64,000 bases of DNA from Hormiphora californensis (taxonomy: Eukaryota > Animalia > Ctenophora), in NCBI GenBank assembly GCA_020137815.1, contig CM035355.1, positions 2,666,001-2,730,000 of the forward strand. The letters are read 5' to 3'. The translations under genes and the position numbers were made by a program. Shown here piece by piece: positions 1-13,031 of this stretch (the stretch's first letter is position 1; every line of letters starts with the position of its first letter). The notes beneath the pieces were generated by a model. That model was not told the DNA's origin. It ran no database searches and saw only the letters and a program-made list of their open reading frames with translations.

Positions 1-613
1 TTAGCTCCAAATCACGGTATGTCTTGGGGACACGGATGTACTTATCGATAAACTCTCGTTTCGTTAAAACTTCCAGGTTATCCTGCTCTTGCTCCTCTGA
101 GATCTCGGTGGATTGCTGGACCTCCTTCAGGTTCAACACATCGTGTTTGTAGTTCCAGTACACGTACTTGTGTTTACTGGTGGGGACGGGTTTTCCTCCA
201 ATGACCCAGATCTATGATGTCCTGAGGAGTCACGTGACTCAGCTCCTTTTCCTTCTCATCAACCTCCGCGTCTAGGAGCATCTTGCGGCAGAACTGGACA
301 AATCGGTTGGGCTTCTTTTTCTTAACCAGCTGCTCCACATTTTTGGGGTTGTTACAAAATGTAAATCTCTGTGATCCGATCCTCATTAGCTCTGGTTTTA
401 TTGGGGCAGGCATTGGGATGAGCTCTTCAAGAGAGTCTTCTTCCTCTTCCTCTTCCATCTCCTCGAGATCCATACTGCTCCTGTAGCTACTCGCCGCACT
501 TCCCCCTGAGGACCTTCTGGATGGGATCTGGTCTGCTGGACCTAGCCGGTTCCGAATCTTGGACTTAGTCTTTTCCGCCCATCCGCGTTTCTTTTTGATG
601 GGCTTTTTGACAA
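1..613 (-). CDS. Partial exon of an unknown acidic/basic protein, running off the window edge
   Basis: Acceptor ctttcag at ~614-620. Open frame VKKPIKKKRGWAEK...MDLEEMEEEE...HWRKTRP; after a 1-nt shift at the gggg run (~182-185) a second frame stays open to base 1 (SKHKYVYWNYKHDVLNL...YRDLEL). Upstream exons unresolved. Confidence 0.55.
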
Positions 614-1660
614 CTGAAAGGTGTTTTTACAAGTTAATTAACATGTGCAGCTTTTAATGATTGTAATTTTACACAGTGATTGAAAAATATATGCTTTGTG
701 GTTAAAATGGGTAAAAGTAACAGTTTTACAATTCAAATATTGCACACACACTATATTTCTCAGAGTTTGCTGCTGATGAATGCCCGGTGTATTGTATTGC
801 TGCCTAAAAATATGTCAATTAATCAATTCTATTATAATGATTTCACGGTGATTTCCACGGTGCCATAGTGCTTAGTTGTCTGGTACTGGTAGATATCGAA
901 ATGGGAAAGAGCACAGCACACATATATGGTACATAGTGAGACATGAATAATTATTCATCTAACATGTAAAACTTTCGACTAGTGCTGGCAACAATTGTGA
1001 GAAATAAAAGTTTTCTTCTCTCAGTAGCAATATATAAGCAGCAAAAAAAGCAACACCATGCTGTACAAATAATCATCCTCAAGACCACCCCTTTAATCGA
1101 GTCCGATAATTCTCATCTGTTTCATCTCTTGTGCTACTATTGAGAAGACCGAGAGTTGGTTCGTGTGTGTGTGTATGAAGCGGAACAATATATAAAAGAA
1201 TCAGCTGCTATTTTCGACGGAGTTTTTGGGAAATGTCAGGAGGAACACGGTTCCACAAGGAGCGACCAATTATGGAACACTTTGCCTTTTTGTATGTGCC
1301 TGAAAGGGGCGGGTTAAAAAGAATTCATATCAAGTTTGAAAAGAGGGCTAATTTATAATTTGGTAGTGTAATAAGTTAATTTGAATGGTTTAGTCGAAGC
1401 ACTGCTAGCTTAAGCTTACGCATCTTCATTGCATTGTTTAGGATTTTTAGAATGCCTATAATACGCTAACTCATAAATCTTGACCAACTGCAATACCAAT
1501 AGCGCACTACTTTGATAGCTTTTAACTGATCTGATAATATTAAGAACCACTTTATTAAGAACTGAATGATTCTAATAAAATGGAACTTTATGAGCTGTAA
1601 ATGGTAGCTTACTCTCTTGTTGCGTGTGTGTTGCCAGCTAAATGGTGCAAGCTGCGATTG

Positions 1661-3475
1661 TTACGATGTCGTTAGAATTCCTTTACTTTTGGTGGTTGAA
1701 CTGGCGTATCCGAGGGCCAACTTGTGGTTTGTTAGCTCTTTGTAGTCGAAGAATGCGTCCTGGTCAGGATCTAGATCTGCCAGGAGGAGGATTTCCGCGA
1801 ATTCCTCCTCAGTTAGCGGATCATCGCCGATTCTTGTTAGTGCTCTAGAAAAGGAGATAGAGAGAAATGAGTCGAGTTGAGAAGATAAAGACAAAAGAGA
1901 GAATGAAATGGAGAAATGGAGACCTCAAGCTGAATTGAGCCATGAAGTAGAGCATGAAATCAATGCTAAAGACAATGTCTTTGATAATCAGTTCCAAGCT
2001 TTTGTTTTCAATGGTTCCGACCCAAAACTGGTGTTACAGCGAGTTATTACCTGTGCAAGTCCTTTGTCTGAAGTCTTCCATCGTCATCCCGGTCAAAGAT
2101 CTCAAAAGCATTGGTTATATCCGTCAGCGTTTCCTCCTCATTCTTCCCTACAACAAGTTTAAAAATATCTTGGAACTTCATTCGGCTGTCATCGCCAGTT
2201 GCAGAGGACATTGTAGCTGCCGCGGTGAGAATGTTTTGTGTTTCCCGGTCCTCGGAGGAGTATCCCAACTTAGAAAGGATGTCCGTTATTTCATCCTGAT
2301 TTACACCGTCCTTTTCCGGGTCCCCTACACTGTCGTAGGCTCGCTGCACCGCACTTCGGAATGTCGCCATAAACACTCCCGCGGATTTCTCCTCATTTTC
2401 CTCTTCATCCGAAGGGGTCCTGAAATCGGAGGGATTTGCTGCTTGGTTTGATCATTATAATATTCTGGAATAGTGCCAACTGCTTCATTGTTACCCCGCC
2501 TTAGACCAATTCGAGTTACCCACTTGTAATCGAAACAGGAGCCGAAACAAGGAAACATTAAGGACAGGGACAAATATTTAAATGGCTGCACATAGAACAT
2601 TATGTTGCCCTACGACTAATACCATAAACAGGAGGAGTATGAATGATAACAACAGGGGGAGGAGAATGAAATGAATTAAACTCTGTCTAAGGGGTGCAAT
2701 TGACGAAAGGAGACAAACAGCAATATATATGTTTACCGACCATTAAATCCCACGGTAACATATGCCAATTAATCCACCCAGTTTCGTTTAATTATCATAT
2801 CGGTGATCACATACGGACAACAACATTAATTCGAAAAGATTATATAATACAGTCGGACCCCGATTTATCGGGATATTCGAGGGTAAGGGTTCTGCCCGGT
2901 AAATCGGGGTTCCGTACTTCCGGTAACTAGGAGTTCGACCGTAGAGACTTTTGGTAGGATAATGCAGAAGAAATGAAACTTACTGTGTTCGTGTCAGATT
3001 CTGACTGATATCTGACATGTGCATCTGGGTGGTTGTTTGCTCTTGTCGCGTCTTGGATTTGATGCTGTCCACTGCATCTTGGAGGGCTGCTTTACGTGCC
3101 TGAAAACAAGATCAATAATTACACACAATTTAAGATAAACCCACCACTCATTCAAGAGAAATGATAACTGATTACTATTACTAAACCCCCTATCCCCATT
3201 ATATTATCTAGATCATTATAATATGTCCAATGTACCAGGTTACAGACCTGTCTCCTGATCTCTTTACTCCTTGCGATGGCAGAGTTAAGGACTCCTCTCA
3301 CAGCAGGCTGGACAGCACTGGCCGCAGTGGTGGGCTGAATGGTGGATGGCCTCCTTCCTGCTGGGTTTGCTGCTGAGGCGGCTGATGACACGACAATTGT
3401 TTTATCGGGTTTCCTGACTCCACCTAAAGAACTCAGGTAATCGAGGGACAATGCTGCCAGGTCGGTTGGGTCCAT
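1661..3475 (-). CDS. Calmodulin/centrin-like EF-hand protein with N-terminal extension (4 exons)
   Basis: Phase-compatible GT-AG exons 3475-3248, 3099-2984, 2420-2051, 1844-1661. EF-hand loop FEIFDRDDDGRLQTKDL followed by RALTRIGDDPLTEEEFAEILLLADLDPDQDAFFDYKEL, which resembles a calmodulin C-lobe. Confidence 0.8.
2850..2915. mobile_element. Degenerate Tc1/mariner-type MITE (same family as 52459-52631)
   Basis: TA-CAGTCGGACCCCGATTTA ... TAAATCGGGG(T)TCCG inverted termini. Confidence 0.6.
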
Positions 3476-4034
3476 TTTGGTGGGAGTATTTGGTAGAATG
3501 ACACACACACACACGGACAAGTAGTGGGGAGTGGCACACCAGTCGTTGGTAGGGAAAGTAATGGGCAACAAGACGTGTGAGACAAGTGATACTGGGTATA
3601 GTGTGAGTGTTTTGCTGTCCATGGTAATGTAATCAGTTTAGTTCTGACTAGCCGCTGTCGCCCCACGGGAGTTCTGTCAGAGCATTGGTCTGACAGTCAT
3701 GGAACACTAAAACTGTGCAGTTATGTGACGTCATGGGCACATGGTTGTATAATAAGAAGGACACATACATGTATGAAAACACGTGCCCACGGTTAGTCTA
3801 TCATGTGGTGTCTTGTGTAGACGTGTGCGTATCCCCCCTGCGTATCCAACCAAAAAGGGTCGGATACGCACAGGCCAACTCAGGTGGGCGAGCATGGAAG
3901 CCAAGAATTGTGATATGGCTCGAAAACAAGGGATAGGGTATAAATCTCGTCTCTTACAAAAAACACAAACTCACGCAAACAAACGGTACTCACCGACAAA
4001 TTTACTTTTCCTGTTATCGAAGTTACTCTCCCAC

Positions 4035-7000
4035 ATGATGGTACTATCGAGGTGTGTCTTGTTGAGTAAGGGGATGTGTCTGCAACTCTTTCTCTCGCTT
4101 TATGTATCGTATCCTGGTTTTCAGCTCTGAATGTTCGATGAAGTTTATCCGGGGTTCACCTACGTCATAGTCATTCCTACTGTGAAGTTTTTGTTAGATA
4201 GTGAGCAAGTGTTAGGGGTATGGAAAAGAATGGTAATTGAGATAATGAAAATGAGCGATTGTGAACTCTTACGCAATTTTTTCAAAATCACAAAACGGTT
4301 CCCCCAAGACAACATCATTTCCCCCCTTTTAAGTATGGGGAAAGAGCTAAATATTATAACATAGATCTGGAAGTTCACGGAAGGGGTTCCCACATTGTGG
4401 AAAAAATGAAGGGCCTCCCAGGTTTTTTAAAAAATTTTTTTAAAAAGTTGGGTTTTTTTCGTAACTTTTTTAAAAGTATTTTAAAACTTAGATAAATAGG
4501 GGGTTAAAAATTTGAATTGGGACCAATTGGGGTTTTTTCTCAGGTTTTTTTTGTTTTAATAACCCCCTCCCCAAAGGGGGGAACCCCAAAAACCCTTTAC
4601 CTCTCCCTAAAAATTTCCCCCTTTTTTCCCGGGTCCCCCCTTTATTTTCCCTTAAAAAAAATTTTTTTTTTTTTTTCCCCTTCCCTCTCTCTCTCTCTCT
4701 CTCTTTTTTCTCCCATTTTTTCTTTTTCCCATTTTTTTTTTTTTTTCTCTCCCTTTTTCCCCTCTCTCTTCCCTTTCTCTCTCTCTCCTTTTCCCCCCTC
4801 TCTCTTCCCTTTAAAAGTAAATTTAGGCCTGTTCCCTCTTTTTTTTTTTACCTTTGATTGTGGTTTTAAATGTTAGCTTGGCTAGTTCTCGTTGCCACCC
4901 TAATAGGGGTAACACAGGCTGAAGGTTTCGGTGGGGAGGCTACTAAGCAATCACAGACAGGTCAGACACGATATTGTAGTAGGCTTGGAAAGCACCTGTC
5001 TAGCGGCGCCTGCCCGATCTGAGCACTTTGTCCCGTTATAAACATTCTCATTTCTCAAAACGGGAACCGGCGACGCCAGACAGGAAAGTAACGTCTAAAG
5101 TTTATCTTACTTCGATAACTGCAGATAGGCTAATTTGATATAAATAGATGGCGCTAAACGACACACATGCTAGTTAGCGTGGCACGTGGGGTAGCCGATC
5201 CCTTGAGATATAGATCTAGAGCTCTCCAGCTATTGGTTAGATATATGTGTTTGGGCACCCCACGCGCCCTATTACAAGTTAGATAATAAGAGTGTAACGA
5301 CAAACACGCAGACAACATAGTATATGCTAATAGGGGATGGATAAAGGATGTAGTGACGATAGCAAATGTTGGATTTAAGTATTTATATTGGTCGACAGCT
5401 TAACATTATACCATTACTACAAGAAAAGGCATGTCAAGTTAGTGTCTTTTTATGCAGTAATATATGACATGTGGTTTGGGATCGAAAAACACCACTTATA
5501 TCCATTTTATTTTCAGACTATCTGAGCACAGAAGTGTCTCTCTTCCTGGGACCGGAAAACTATAGGTCATTGTTCATGGCAAAAAACAAAGGGTCGGATG
5601 ACTTCCAGGATAGGATCCTGGATATGATTAGCAAGTCTTTTGAGGCTGCTGATATTGACCAAAATGGATCACTTTCTCGACAGGTTAGGCGACCACCAAT
5701 TATCGGGCAATTGACATGCTCAGACACTTAATTATACTGATATGAGCGGGAAAATTAAACTTATTTATTGATCAGTCCTTTGACTATACGACACCGTAAC
5801 AGTCTGGTTTATGCCCTCCAGGAACTGGCCCTAAAACTCGGTACAAACAAAGGGCTATTGAGTAACGTGGAGAAGCTAGAAGAGTTCCATGGGATGGACA
5901 GTAATGGAGACAACTCTCTCTCTTGGAGAGAGTTTATGGTGGGCTCCTTTAGCAAAGATTTTATTGACAGTTTCGATCGGGGTCATGTTGATATTGAGGG
6001 GCTGAACGTGGAGGGTGGGCGTGCTGAATACGAGGCGTTCCATGCGTATCACAAGTTTGGCAGGTAAGAACCTAACGATGACAGTGTAAGATAATGAAGG
6101 TGTAAGAAGTGGGAACAATCGTTTTCCGGCTATTTGTTGTGCAAACTGCAAAGCATGTCCGTTTGTCTCATGAGGCCCCATGAGACAATTGGACACGTTC
6201 TTCCTGCTCACAAGCGCATTTTCTCGTGCCTCATTCCTATAATCATTCTATGAAGTTTGTGGTGAGAACACTTGATTTCTGGGATTCAACAGACTGCTAA
6301 AAGTTAATCGGTTAAGATTCTAAGAAATGAGAAACGAATACATGGATAGATTGAATAGCACCACCATACGATATAATAATGCTACTAAGTGTGGTCGTAT
6401 AATGTCATGATCTTTGAGAATTGCATTCTTGTGGTGACATATGTGGTTTGGTAGATGACAATTTGAGCCTAGATGATTCATAAATCGACCCTCACATTAG
6501 CATACATTATTAAGCGAAAGGGAACAAAAAGACTCGAAACCACAAAATAAAACAAAAGAATATTTTGGACAGTATTTCAGCTATTTCTCATAATTAAAAG
6601 AGTTATCTCAGGTAGTATTTCATAATCTATCCCCTCCAGATTCAAGCTGGCTGATTTCGATAAGAGTGACTCCCTGAACACGGAAGAGTACCTCCGGTTT
6701 GTAAACCCTGCCATGTACCCCGAACTACGGGAGAGTTATTACAATGAGGTGATATCTGATGTGCAACACGATGACGACAATGAGCACGTGAGTGACTCCC
6801 AATTCACATGACACTCATCGATTGACTCACGGCGAGTCAATCGATGAGTGTCATGTTAGTTAGCCTTTCGAAGTTCAATGAAGTTTTGAGTAAAATCGGG
6901 TAAAATTACAGTCCCGATTTATTATAGCAGAGGGACAAGGGACTAGTCAGTAAGTTCAGAGGTTGCAAATTGGAGGTTGCAGATTGACCAAAACAACCGA

Positions 7001-7521
7001 TTAACCGATTGAACGTGACCTGATCTAATTGATAGGAAATTATTGCTGGAAATAGATGCACTGTTTTGTTGACTCGATCGTGTGCTTATTAAATCAGCTG
7101 GTTTCCGGGGGCCCTCTCTCATAGTTCTGTGCATGGCGTTGTTAATCAAATAACAAATCAGCTAGCGACCATCTCATTATTCCATGGAATGTTACGGTGA
7201 TTCATCTTCCGTAACATCAAAGCAATGTGTGTTGATTAGCTCAATTAAAAGTTGTAGCTCAATTAATCAATACATAACTGGAAAAGCGTTTAAATCTAAA
7301 ACTTAGGCGAAAAATAATTTAAAATCTTATAGGTTTCAATGGCAGAATTCAAGTCTAATATAGAGATGAAGGCTCTGTTATCGAAGCCGGAGGACGCAGG
7401 ACGGTACATGGCTGAGCAACTTGAAAAGTTTCACGTTCTTGATGTGGATAGGGATGGAAAACTCAACAGAAACGAGACAAAGCAGTGGTTCTTTGGGTAG
7501 GTTGATCATTGTACGTAGTTG

Positions 7522-7576
<55 letters not shown>

Positions 7577-10500
7577 GTAGAGTTGGGAGAGAGACAGAGA
7601 CAGAGAGAGAGATGGGAGATAGAGAAGGATAGGGAAAGAGAGAGGGAGAGGGAGAGAATAGAGATAGTTTTTTATTTGAGACCATGTTGCTATGAGCCAT
7701 GCAAAACACTAACTGTGCAGCAAAGGGAATTAGCAAAGGCTTTTACTAGACGATAGTTGGAGCCTGGTAATGGCCAGCATCTCCAATCTCCCTATCTTCC
7801 TCTCTATTTCTCTCCCCCTTTCTATCCTCCTTTCTCTTCCCCCTCTCCATCTTCCCCTCTCTCTCTTTTCCTCTTTACCTGTTCTACACTCTTGCCAAGA
7901 AGCTTGTTTTTAACTCTCATAACGCCTACTTCTGCCACTCGTCAGTACTCGAACCTACCCTATATGTCTGTCTCTCTCTCCCCTATGTCTCTATCGCTCT
8001 CATTCTCACTCTCACGTAGCATTGCGATCAAACGTGTAAAAAGCAGCTCTCTGTGAAATTAGAATAGGAGCACTAAAACACCGAACTTAAAGGTGAAAAG
8101 AGGGCGAGAAATTAACTGAGAGTGCAATCAGCCAGAGTTTTAAAGCGAGAAAGAGTAAGTGAGATAGAGAGTGAGAGAAAGAGAGAGGGCTATAGTGATC
8201 GCGAGATAGAGTTAAGTGAGACAGAGAACAAGGTCCAGTGCATCTGCCTTGTTCAAAGTGGCAAGACCGGCCGCCATTAATATGAGAAGTTAGGATCCAT
8301 TTGCAGTAAGTGGTCCTGTCGTTTATACGCCCAAGCTGTTAGCTGCAACTACTTGAAGTTAAAACGGGAACAGCGCTTTCTTACTTATCTCATTTTTCTA
8401 TCGTCAATCTCTCGTTATCTAGCATATAGGCTATCTCTTTCTCTCCTTCTCTCCTTCTCTCTCTCTCTCTCTCCCGTGCTCTACTCTCTCAATTACTGAT
8501 GAGAGAGAAAGAAGAAATGGAACGAGTAAGTGTGAACTATATATTCCTTTCGAAACTATAGCTCAGCTCAGTCAACGGTTCGCGGTTTCAGAGACGATCA
8601 TGATAAGTACTGAGTACATAAAACAAAAAGTACTTAAGTACTAGACTAACCATAAAGTCGGGCATTTATGTGCACGTTTAACTCACTTTTAAAGATGTTT
8701 ATCTCCCTCTCGCTAATCCTCTCTCTCTCCCTCTCTCTTTGATCTCTCTCTCTCCCCCGCATATTATAATGTCACTAAACTTTTCTCTCCCCCACATAGC
8801 TCAATAACCTATTCTCTCCCTCATTGTCCGGCACTGACTGTAACATCTCACACGCTGCTTGATTTTCAGTCAGGCCTCAGTACGTAGCCGCACGGGGTCG
8901 AAGGCCAGTCTTATATATGGGACAACTCCCCCACTAAACTATACTATTCTTTCCCCCATTAAAACAGGGACGTGAACACAAACAGTACCCATTTGGTGAA
9001 ATCAGAAGTGGACACCCACTTTAGAGTGTGCGATACAAACGAGGACGGACTCCTACAGTTCGAGGAGGTATGGTGCTCTTCAGGAACCGACCGAACCAAG
9101 TAAACAACCAATCAGAGCTCGTTATTTAGGTCACGTGACTGGTTATCAGCCAATCAGGGGCAGTATTTCCTGATTCGGTCGGTTCCTGGTGCTCTAATAT
9201 ATAATGAGCGGTGCTCATAATTAATATATGTCACAAGTCATAAAATAATTAACATTCCACAGAATTGGTAACTGAGGTGAATACATTGATCACTGCAGTA
9301 GAATGTAAGAACTCTCTCAGGGGCAGGCGTGGGAAGATGGATTTAGCAGCTAGTAGAGAATGAGCAGTGAGCACTCGACTATTGAGCGAGATAGACTTGA
9401 GAGAGATAGGTCTGTCCTCTAGACTGCACGCAATAACAGTTCAATATGTGTAATAACGAGAGAGGGAAGGAGAGAGAGAGAGTGAGAGAGAGGAATGGAG
9501 ATAGAGAAGAGAGTGAGGTTTCAGTGGTTCTTTCTCACCGTCCTCCAGTGAAGGTCAACTAAGCAGGGTGCAATATGATGGTATGCTGTGAGCCGCACCA
9601 AAGGGTATGTTACGAAGTTACCCCTCCATTGCCAGCGCGTGAAGGTCGCGAGGGGTTATATCGTAACCAAACCAAAGGGTATGTTTGCTATTGAGAAGCC
9701 CCCTATTTGATCTAAGCTGCCTCTCGATAGAGACAATCAAGGGATAGGACAATTGGATATTCTTGGGAGTTGGGACAATTGGATATATGTGTGTGTGATT
9801 GATTTGGGGGCTGCGCTATTTCATCTCAGATATTGATTGTGGGAGCAGGGAGAGGGAGAGGGATCATCTAACTGAAGATCCTGTTGCCAAACAAAACATG
9901 ATACAGTAATATACAAGACTACCATGAACCATCAAGATAAGGATTCCCAGGGCTAGAGAGATAATATCTCTGAGATAATATCTCCCATATTATAGTCTTG
10001 AAATCATATATTGTTGGGATGAATAGAACGAATAGAACAGCATTATATACCTCGATATAATCTAGAACCGCAGTATAAGAGCTGCTGCAGATATCGAATA
10101 ATTACATTACAATTCTGCGTTATTGTGTGAAACTACTCGGATCTGCATATGAAGTGGTGAATCAGAATTTCAATCAACATGATCAAACAGACATGGGGCC
10201 CCAGAGATGATTCTCTCTCGAAATAAACTATAAAGCATGAATTAAAGTATAAGCTATGTTTGATACTAAACAAATCATAACCACAGGGAGATACCATTTT
10301 AATAAGATACCACACTCATATTATGGCAGGTGAGAAGAAGCCCGACCGGTTAAGGGACCCTTTAAGGGACCCTTTTAGGGACCCTTTAAGGGACCCTAGA
10401 AAGTTAAGGGACCCTTTAAGGGACCCTAGAAAGTTAAGGGACCCTTTAAGGGACCCTAGGAAGTTAAGGGACCCTTTAATGAGGTAGAACGTATCGTGAG

Positions 10501-12319
10501 CAGTACCTTCGTATCAGTTCACATTGTAAGCGGTTCCGCTGCTAATGAGGTACACCGAATCGTGGTCAGTACCCTCGTATCAGTACACATTGTAAGCGGT
10601 TCCGTCGCTAATGAGCACTGAGCAGTGAGCAGTACCGTGTATCGGTTCACATCTCTGTCTCTCCCTCTGTCTCTGACCTCTGTCTCCCCCTCTGTGTCTG
10701 TCTCTGTCCCTCTCTATGTCTCTCCCTCTGTCTCTGTATCTGTATCTGCCTCTATCTCTGCCTCTGTCGCTGTCTTTGTCTCTGTCACTGTCTCTGTCTC
10801 TCTGTCTCTCTGTCTCTTTCTCTCTCTCTCTCTCACAGAGACTGAGACAGAGACGGGGACAGAGACAGAGGGGGACAGAGACAGAGGGAGCGACAGAGAC
10901 AGATACAGAGACAGAGATGTGAACCGATACACGGTACTGCTCACTGCTCAGTGCTCATTAGCGACGGAACCGCTTGTAATATGTACTGATACGAGGGTAC
11001 TGACCACGATTCGGTGTACCTCATTAGCAGTGGAACCGCTTACAATGTGAACTGATACGAGGGTACTGCTCACGATTCGTTCTACCTCATTAAAGGGTCC
11101 CTTAACTTCCTAGGGTCCCTTAAAGGGTCCCTTAACTTTCATGGGGTCCCTTAAAGGGTCCCTTAACTTTCTAGGGTCCCTTAAAGGGTCCCTTAAAGGG
11201 TCCCTAAAAGGGTCCCTTAAAGGGTCCCTTAACCGGTCGGGCTTCTTCTCACCTGCCCATATTATTATCAGAATTATTATAATAATTACTGTTATTGGAT
11301 GTTGGGTATTGGTATTCTTGGTCAAGTAAAGGATTTGAATTATAATGAACTAACTCGTCGTGTCGCTAATTCGATAGCCAATGGCAATGGATTTTTAGTT
11401 AGAAGAGCCCATTCGCTCTCCATCTAACGCCCCATTGCACCCCCAGATGCTGGAACAACCAGTGTTTCTGTTTGAGGGTATAGACCCGGATGCTAACGAA
11501 GGTCTGGCTGACCAACTACGGGATCTGATGGCAGAACAGAACAAAACTGATATCACCGACTTCTTTACCGAAGGTAGGTTCATTTAATTACCATTTATTA
11601 GGTTTAGAATTTGCTTCAAGGTAGGAAGAATTAGTTACCGGATTTGTTCCTCACCTCTCTAACTTCTTCAGAAGCACTCTCTGACCTGGCAGAGAAGGAG
11701 CAAGAGAAACGGAGGATTCTGGGTGAACTGGCAGATAACTACGATCTATCAGATGATGAACTTGGATTTGATAATAGTTTCGTAAGTAACACTAGATTTA
11801 TATTATTATTCCCTCCCCTAGGACCACCCCTAGTTGGTTTACCCGTGTTTCCCCTTTGCCTTGTTCGACCCTCTAAAGTTACCCCTTACTCAACAAGTCT
11901 ATGCAACAACAAAAAAGTATACGCATGTTTTGTTACAAACTCACATTACCATCAGTTCATCATGACGTGTTCATTATTTCCAGGGTCTATCAGAGAGCTC
12001 TGTTTACGACTACGACCCAGCATGGGATCCTAATAACAAGGTCTACAAACATGGCTTTATTGCACCGACCCAGACCTCCATACCTTCTGGGTACAGTGCT
12101 GCGGAGTACGCTGAGCAAATGAAGGAACGGAACGGTTTAAATACTCCAGAGGGATTTCCAGAGTACCCTACTGAAGGGGACCAGGAGCAGGAGGAATTTC
12201 CACATTTCCCAGCAGGAGATGGAGGAGATACGGAGTGGGTGGAGTCAAGTGATAATGAGACCCCTACTACTACCAAGACTGATGAGATACCCCCGATTCC
12301 GGGTCACACCGAGTTGTAA
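4035..12319 (+). CDS. CREC-family (calumenin/reticulocalbin-like) ER EF-hand protein with acidic C-terminal extension, ending HTEL
   Basis: Exons 4035-4065, 4877-4960, 5517-5683, 5822-6063, 6640-6787, 7333-7496, 8968-9067, ~11447-11573, 11671-11781, 11985-12319. Signal peptide MMVLSRCVLLTWLVLVATLIGVTQA; EF-hands DIDQNGSLS, DSNGDNSLS, DFDKSDSLN, DVDRDGKLN, DTNEDGLLQ; CREC-like RFKLAD...EEYLRFVNP; C-terminal HTEL*. Confidence 0.85.
4390..4870. other. Homopolymer-garbled, probably low-quality assembly segment (in intron 1 of the CREC gene)
   Basis: Abrupt switch to sequence made almost entirely of A/T/C/G runs, as seen in degraded read ends. Confidence 0.65.
4995..5084. mobile_element. Short MITE of a CTGTCTGGCG(G/A)CGCC-TIR family (related copies ~29085-29190, ~33470-33548)
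   Basis: cctgtctagcggcgcc ... ggcgacgccagacagg inverted ends; internal ccgatctgagc motif shared between copies. Confidence 0.55.
9081..9188. mobile_element. hAT-type MITE
   Basis: TIR CAGGAACCGACCGAA/TTCGGTCGGTTCCTG; 8-bp TSD gtgctctt/gtgctcta; second copy at 38160-38236. Confidence 0.8.
10325..11257. mobile_element. Foldback-type non-autonomous DNA transposon (MULE/Merlin-like termini)
   Basis: Near-complete 933-bp palindrome with GGCAGG termini and a perfect 8-bp TSD catattat. Arms are built from 12-bp TAAGGGACCCTT units and ~66-bp units; centre is (TCTCTG)n-like. Confidence 0.85.
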
Positions 12320-12488
12320 AAACACTGAGAGACTGGAATCTGAGGGTGATAGAGACTGGGATTTTATTCCCATTTTGTTTTTACTTTGTGGGATAATTGG
12401 TATTTGTGTTCCCTTCTAAATTAATTGACCAACTTTTAATTGACTGTTTTTGTTCTAAACTGAGGTTCGGATGGCCGCGGGGGCCATA

Positions 12489-12590
12489 AAAATGTAGCCT
12501 TTCCTCTCTACTCCGACCAAGTTGGGCGTTTATATCGGGAGAGTGAATAGGTTCAGCAGTCTGTCAGTCGGAGAGGAAAGGCTACATTTT
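12489..12590. mobile_element. Small MITE-like inverted-repeat element
   Basis: aaaatgtagcctttcctctc ... gagaggaaaggctacatttt 20-bp inverted termini. Confidence 0.55.
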
Positions 12591-12642
12591 ATTCCGTTAA
12601 TTCCCCATTCGGCAGTTCCATTATATACAAGCATCTCCCTGA

Positions 12643-12743
<101 letters not shown>

Positions 12744-12753
12744 TCTCTCTCTT

Positions 12754-12795
<42 letters not shown>

Positions 12796-13031
12796 CTCTC
12801 TCTCTCTCTTCACATATAAGCTGGGTGACTCATTGGTTGAGAATATTGTCTGAAGTCTGCTCCAGCCCATTACTAAAAACCTCCTGCAGCTGGAAGCCCT
12901 TGAAACGCTCGAATTACTTGCCTTACGAACGAGTTGAGAGAGACTGAGAGAGAGAGAGAGAGACTGAGAGAGAGAGAAAGATGGAAAGCTACAACTGAAG
13001 ACAGTCTGTGCAGTGCACTTTTCCACCCGCC

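Noticed and set aside
4390-4870. Odd homopolymer-rich F/P/S ORF (4517-4876)
   Set aside because: Looks like low-quality sequence inside an intron
9263-9363. Possible terminal exon of the CREC gene after ccacag
   Set aside because: Gives NW* with no retention signal; the 11447-12319 exons give a better continuation ending HTEL
10340-10480. Regular short repeats resembling a CRISPR array
   Set aside because: No unique spacers and no cas genes; they are TIR sub-repeats of a eukaryotic foldback element
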